Below are positions 63,425 to 64,000 of a stretch of DNA of 64,000 nt, one piece after another. This DNA is from Lingula anatina. Lineage: Eukaryota; Animalia; Brachiopoda. The translations under genes and the position numbers were made by a program. The DNA is taken from positions 8,308,001-8,372,000 of the forward strand of contig CM120643.1 in the NCBI GenBank assembly GCA_051362555.1, given 5' to 3'. The notes under the pieces are model-generated. The model was not told the DNA's origin. It saw only the letters and a list, made by a program, of their open reading frames with translations, and made no database searches. Within the stretch, counting starts at the first letter, position 1; each line of letters starts with the position of its first letter.

Positions 63425-64000
63425 CTGCAAAAAATGTTTCATATAAAATTGTCTTATTTATTAAGTACTTTAAATTGCAATAGATTGCTTTAATTGGTAC
63501 ATTTTATCTACAAAAATTATTATTATAATACTTGCGTATATAAAAGTAACTCTATTATAGTGCTGGTAGGGCAACGCCTGCCGTCCGGAGTCTCTGTCGC
63601 GGCTAGATTGTTAAATTGAATGTTATTACTGATCTCACATCAAAATGCCCAAATTGTAATTGTAACACCTTTCTCCATTCTTCGCTTAGCGCCATCTTCG
63701 GCTTATCTCATTTTTTTTACAGCTCTTCTTTTCTTTCTTTCTTTCTTTCTTTCTTCCAAGTCTTTAAATAATGCTTTCTTATTATCCGATATCCGAACAA
63801 ATCTTTATTTGAAGACAAAATTCATTTTCTCATTATTTTTCATTTATTTAGCATGTTTTTTATTTCACTATATCGCACCTATTTATCCTTCCTAGGCTTA
63901 ACGCGCAAGAACATTTCACTTGCGCTTAAACCAGTACATTTTTGGACGTTTTCCTGTGTTAGGCCTATATCTGCTGGAATTTATCTCAGTAAAGGAGAAA

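Noticed and set aside
63558-64000. CpG-richer segment in an MVD intron, possibly a transposon end
   Set aside because: It runs off the window edge, with no second terminus or TSD visible to support a call.

Overview
AT-rich, intron-containing metazoan genomic DNA. It is most likely a lophotrochozoan/mollusc-like invertebrate, inferred from the repeat types; it is not prokaryotic. Seven spliced genes were reconstructed by hand with consistent exon phases: 3' end of HAUS4 (+), a small orphan secreted pre-pro-peptide with a variant EGF-like module (-), RAB5IF/C20orf24 (-), a complete 17-exon rhophilin (+), PSME3IP1/FAM192A (-), RABIF/MSS4 (+) and the 3' end of MVD (-). PSME3IP1 contains an AT-AC minor-spliceosome intron. 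RAB5IF/rhophilin and PSME3IP1/RABIF are head-to-head pairs. Introns and UTRs carry many fold-back MITEs (PIF/Harbinger-like, hAT-like, one Mutator-like). Rhophilin intron 2 holds two non-autonomous Helentron/HINE-like elements with arrays of a 146-bp satellite whose consensus monomer contains a perfect nuclear-receptor DR1 site. Best novelty candidates are the EGF-variant peptide, the DR1-bearing satellite cassette, a 9-nt rhophilin microexon and hairpin MITEs in 3' UTRs. Gene identities come from recalled similarity to known proteins; no searches were run.
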